Source: a virus
Lineage: Duplodnaviria > Caudoviricetes
IMG/VR virus record: IMGVR_UViG_3300031260_000055
Span: 1-46,242 of that record
Length of the DNA stretch: 46,242 bases
Strand: one strand, 5' to 3'
Both the position numbers and the translations under genes were made by a program. Positions 46,102-46,242 of this stretch are shown here, one piece after another. Position 1 is the first letter of the stretch, and each line of letters opens with the position of its first letter. The notes beneath the pieces were generated by a model. It did no database searches, had not been told where the DNA came from, and worked only from the letters and a program-made list of their open reading frames with translations.

Positions 46102-46242
46102 CGCTATGTTTAAGTTGCGGACACGAAGATTCAATGATTCTGGATGTTAATGTGCCAGATGGGGAAACAATAAAAGGAGTTTGCCCTAGTTGCGGTAATA
46201 ACCATTGTATCTTTATACTTCCGCCCCATAAGCAGCCTAATA
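46102..46242. repeat. Exact terminal direct repeat (right copy)
   Basis: Identical to 1-141. Confidence 0.97.

Noticed and set aside
46102-46242. Biological terminal repeat
   Set aside because: It is an exact 141-nt overlap falling mid-gene, typical of an assembler k-mer overlap on a circular contig

Overview
The window is one apparently complete, circular ~46.1 kb genome of a tailed (siphovirus-type, Caudoviricetes) virus. Bases 1-141 are repeated exactly at 46102-46242, and an ORF reads through the join. The host is most likely a pseudomurein-walled methanogen (Methanobacteriales), inferred from an endolysin with a pseudomurein-binding-repeat-like N-terminus plus a C39 Cys-peptidase, two transglutaminase-like Cys-His-Asp domains on the tape measure protein, TATA-type promoters and oligo-T terminators. 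Layout: (i) minus-strand morphogenesis/lysis operon 42706->20387; (ii) a small AbrB-type regulator divergent from a minus-strand early/replication operon 19759->~7450 (SSB, putative annealing protein, AAA+ helicase/initiator, GGCC-rich iteron-like region, HNH-AP2, MazG, many small proteins); (iii) holin candidates followed by a five-gene ParB / PIG-L / GREB1(TAGT)-like glycosyltransferase / radical SAM / radical SAM cluster 5749->1477; (iv) a plus-strand island of small acidic and Zn-finger genes ending in ArdC and a second AbrB (42864->1450 across the join). I saw no integrase, DNA polymerase, tRNA, CRISPR array or reverse transcriptase. The best candidate for an undescribed system is the five-gene cluster, a possible oxygen-independent DNA hypermodification pathway. 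All functional calls come from motif recognition by eye; no database searches were run.
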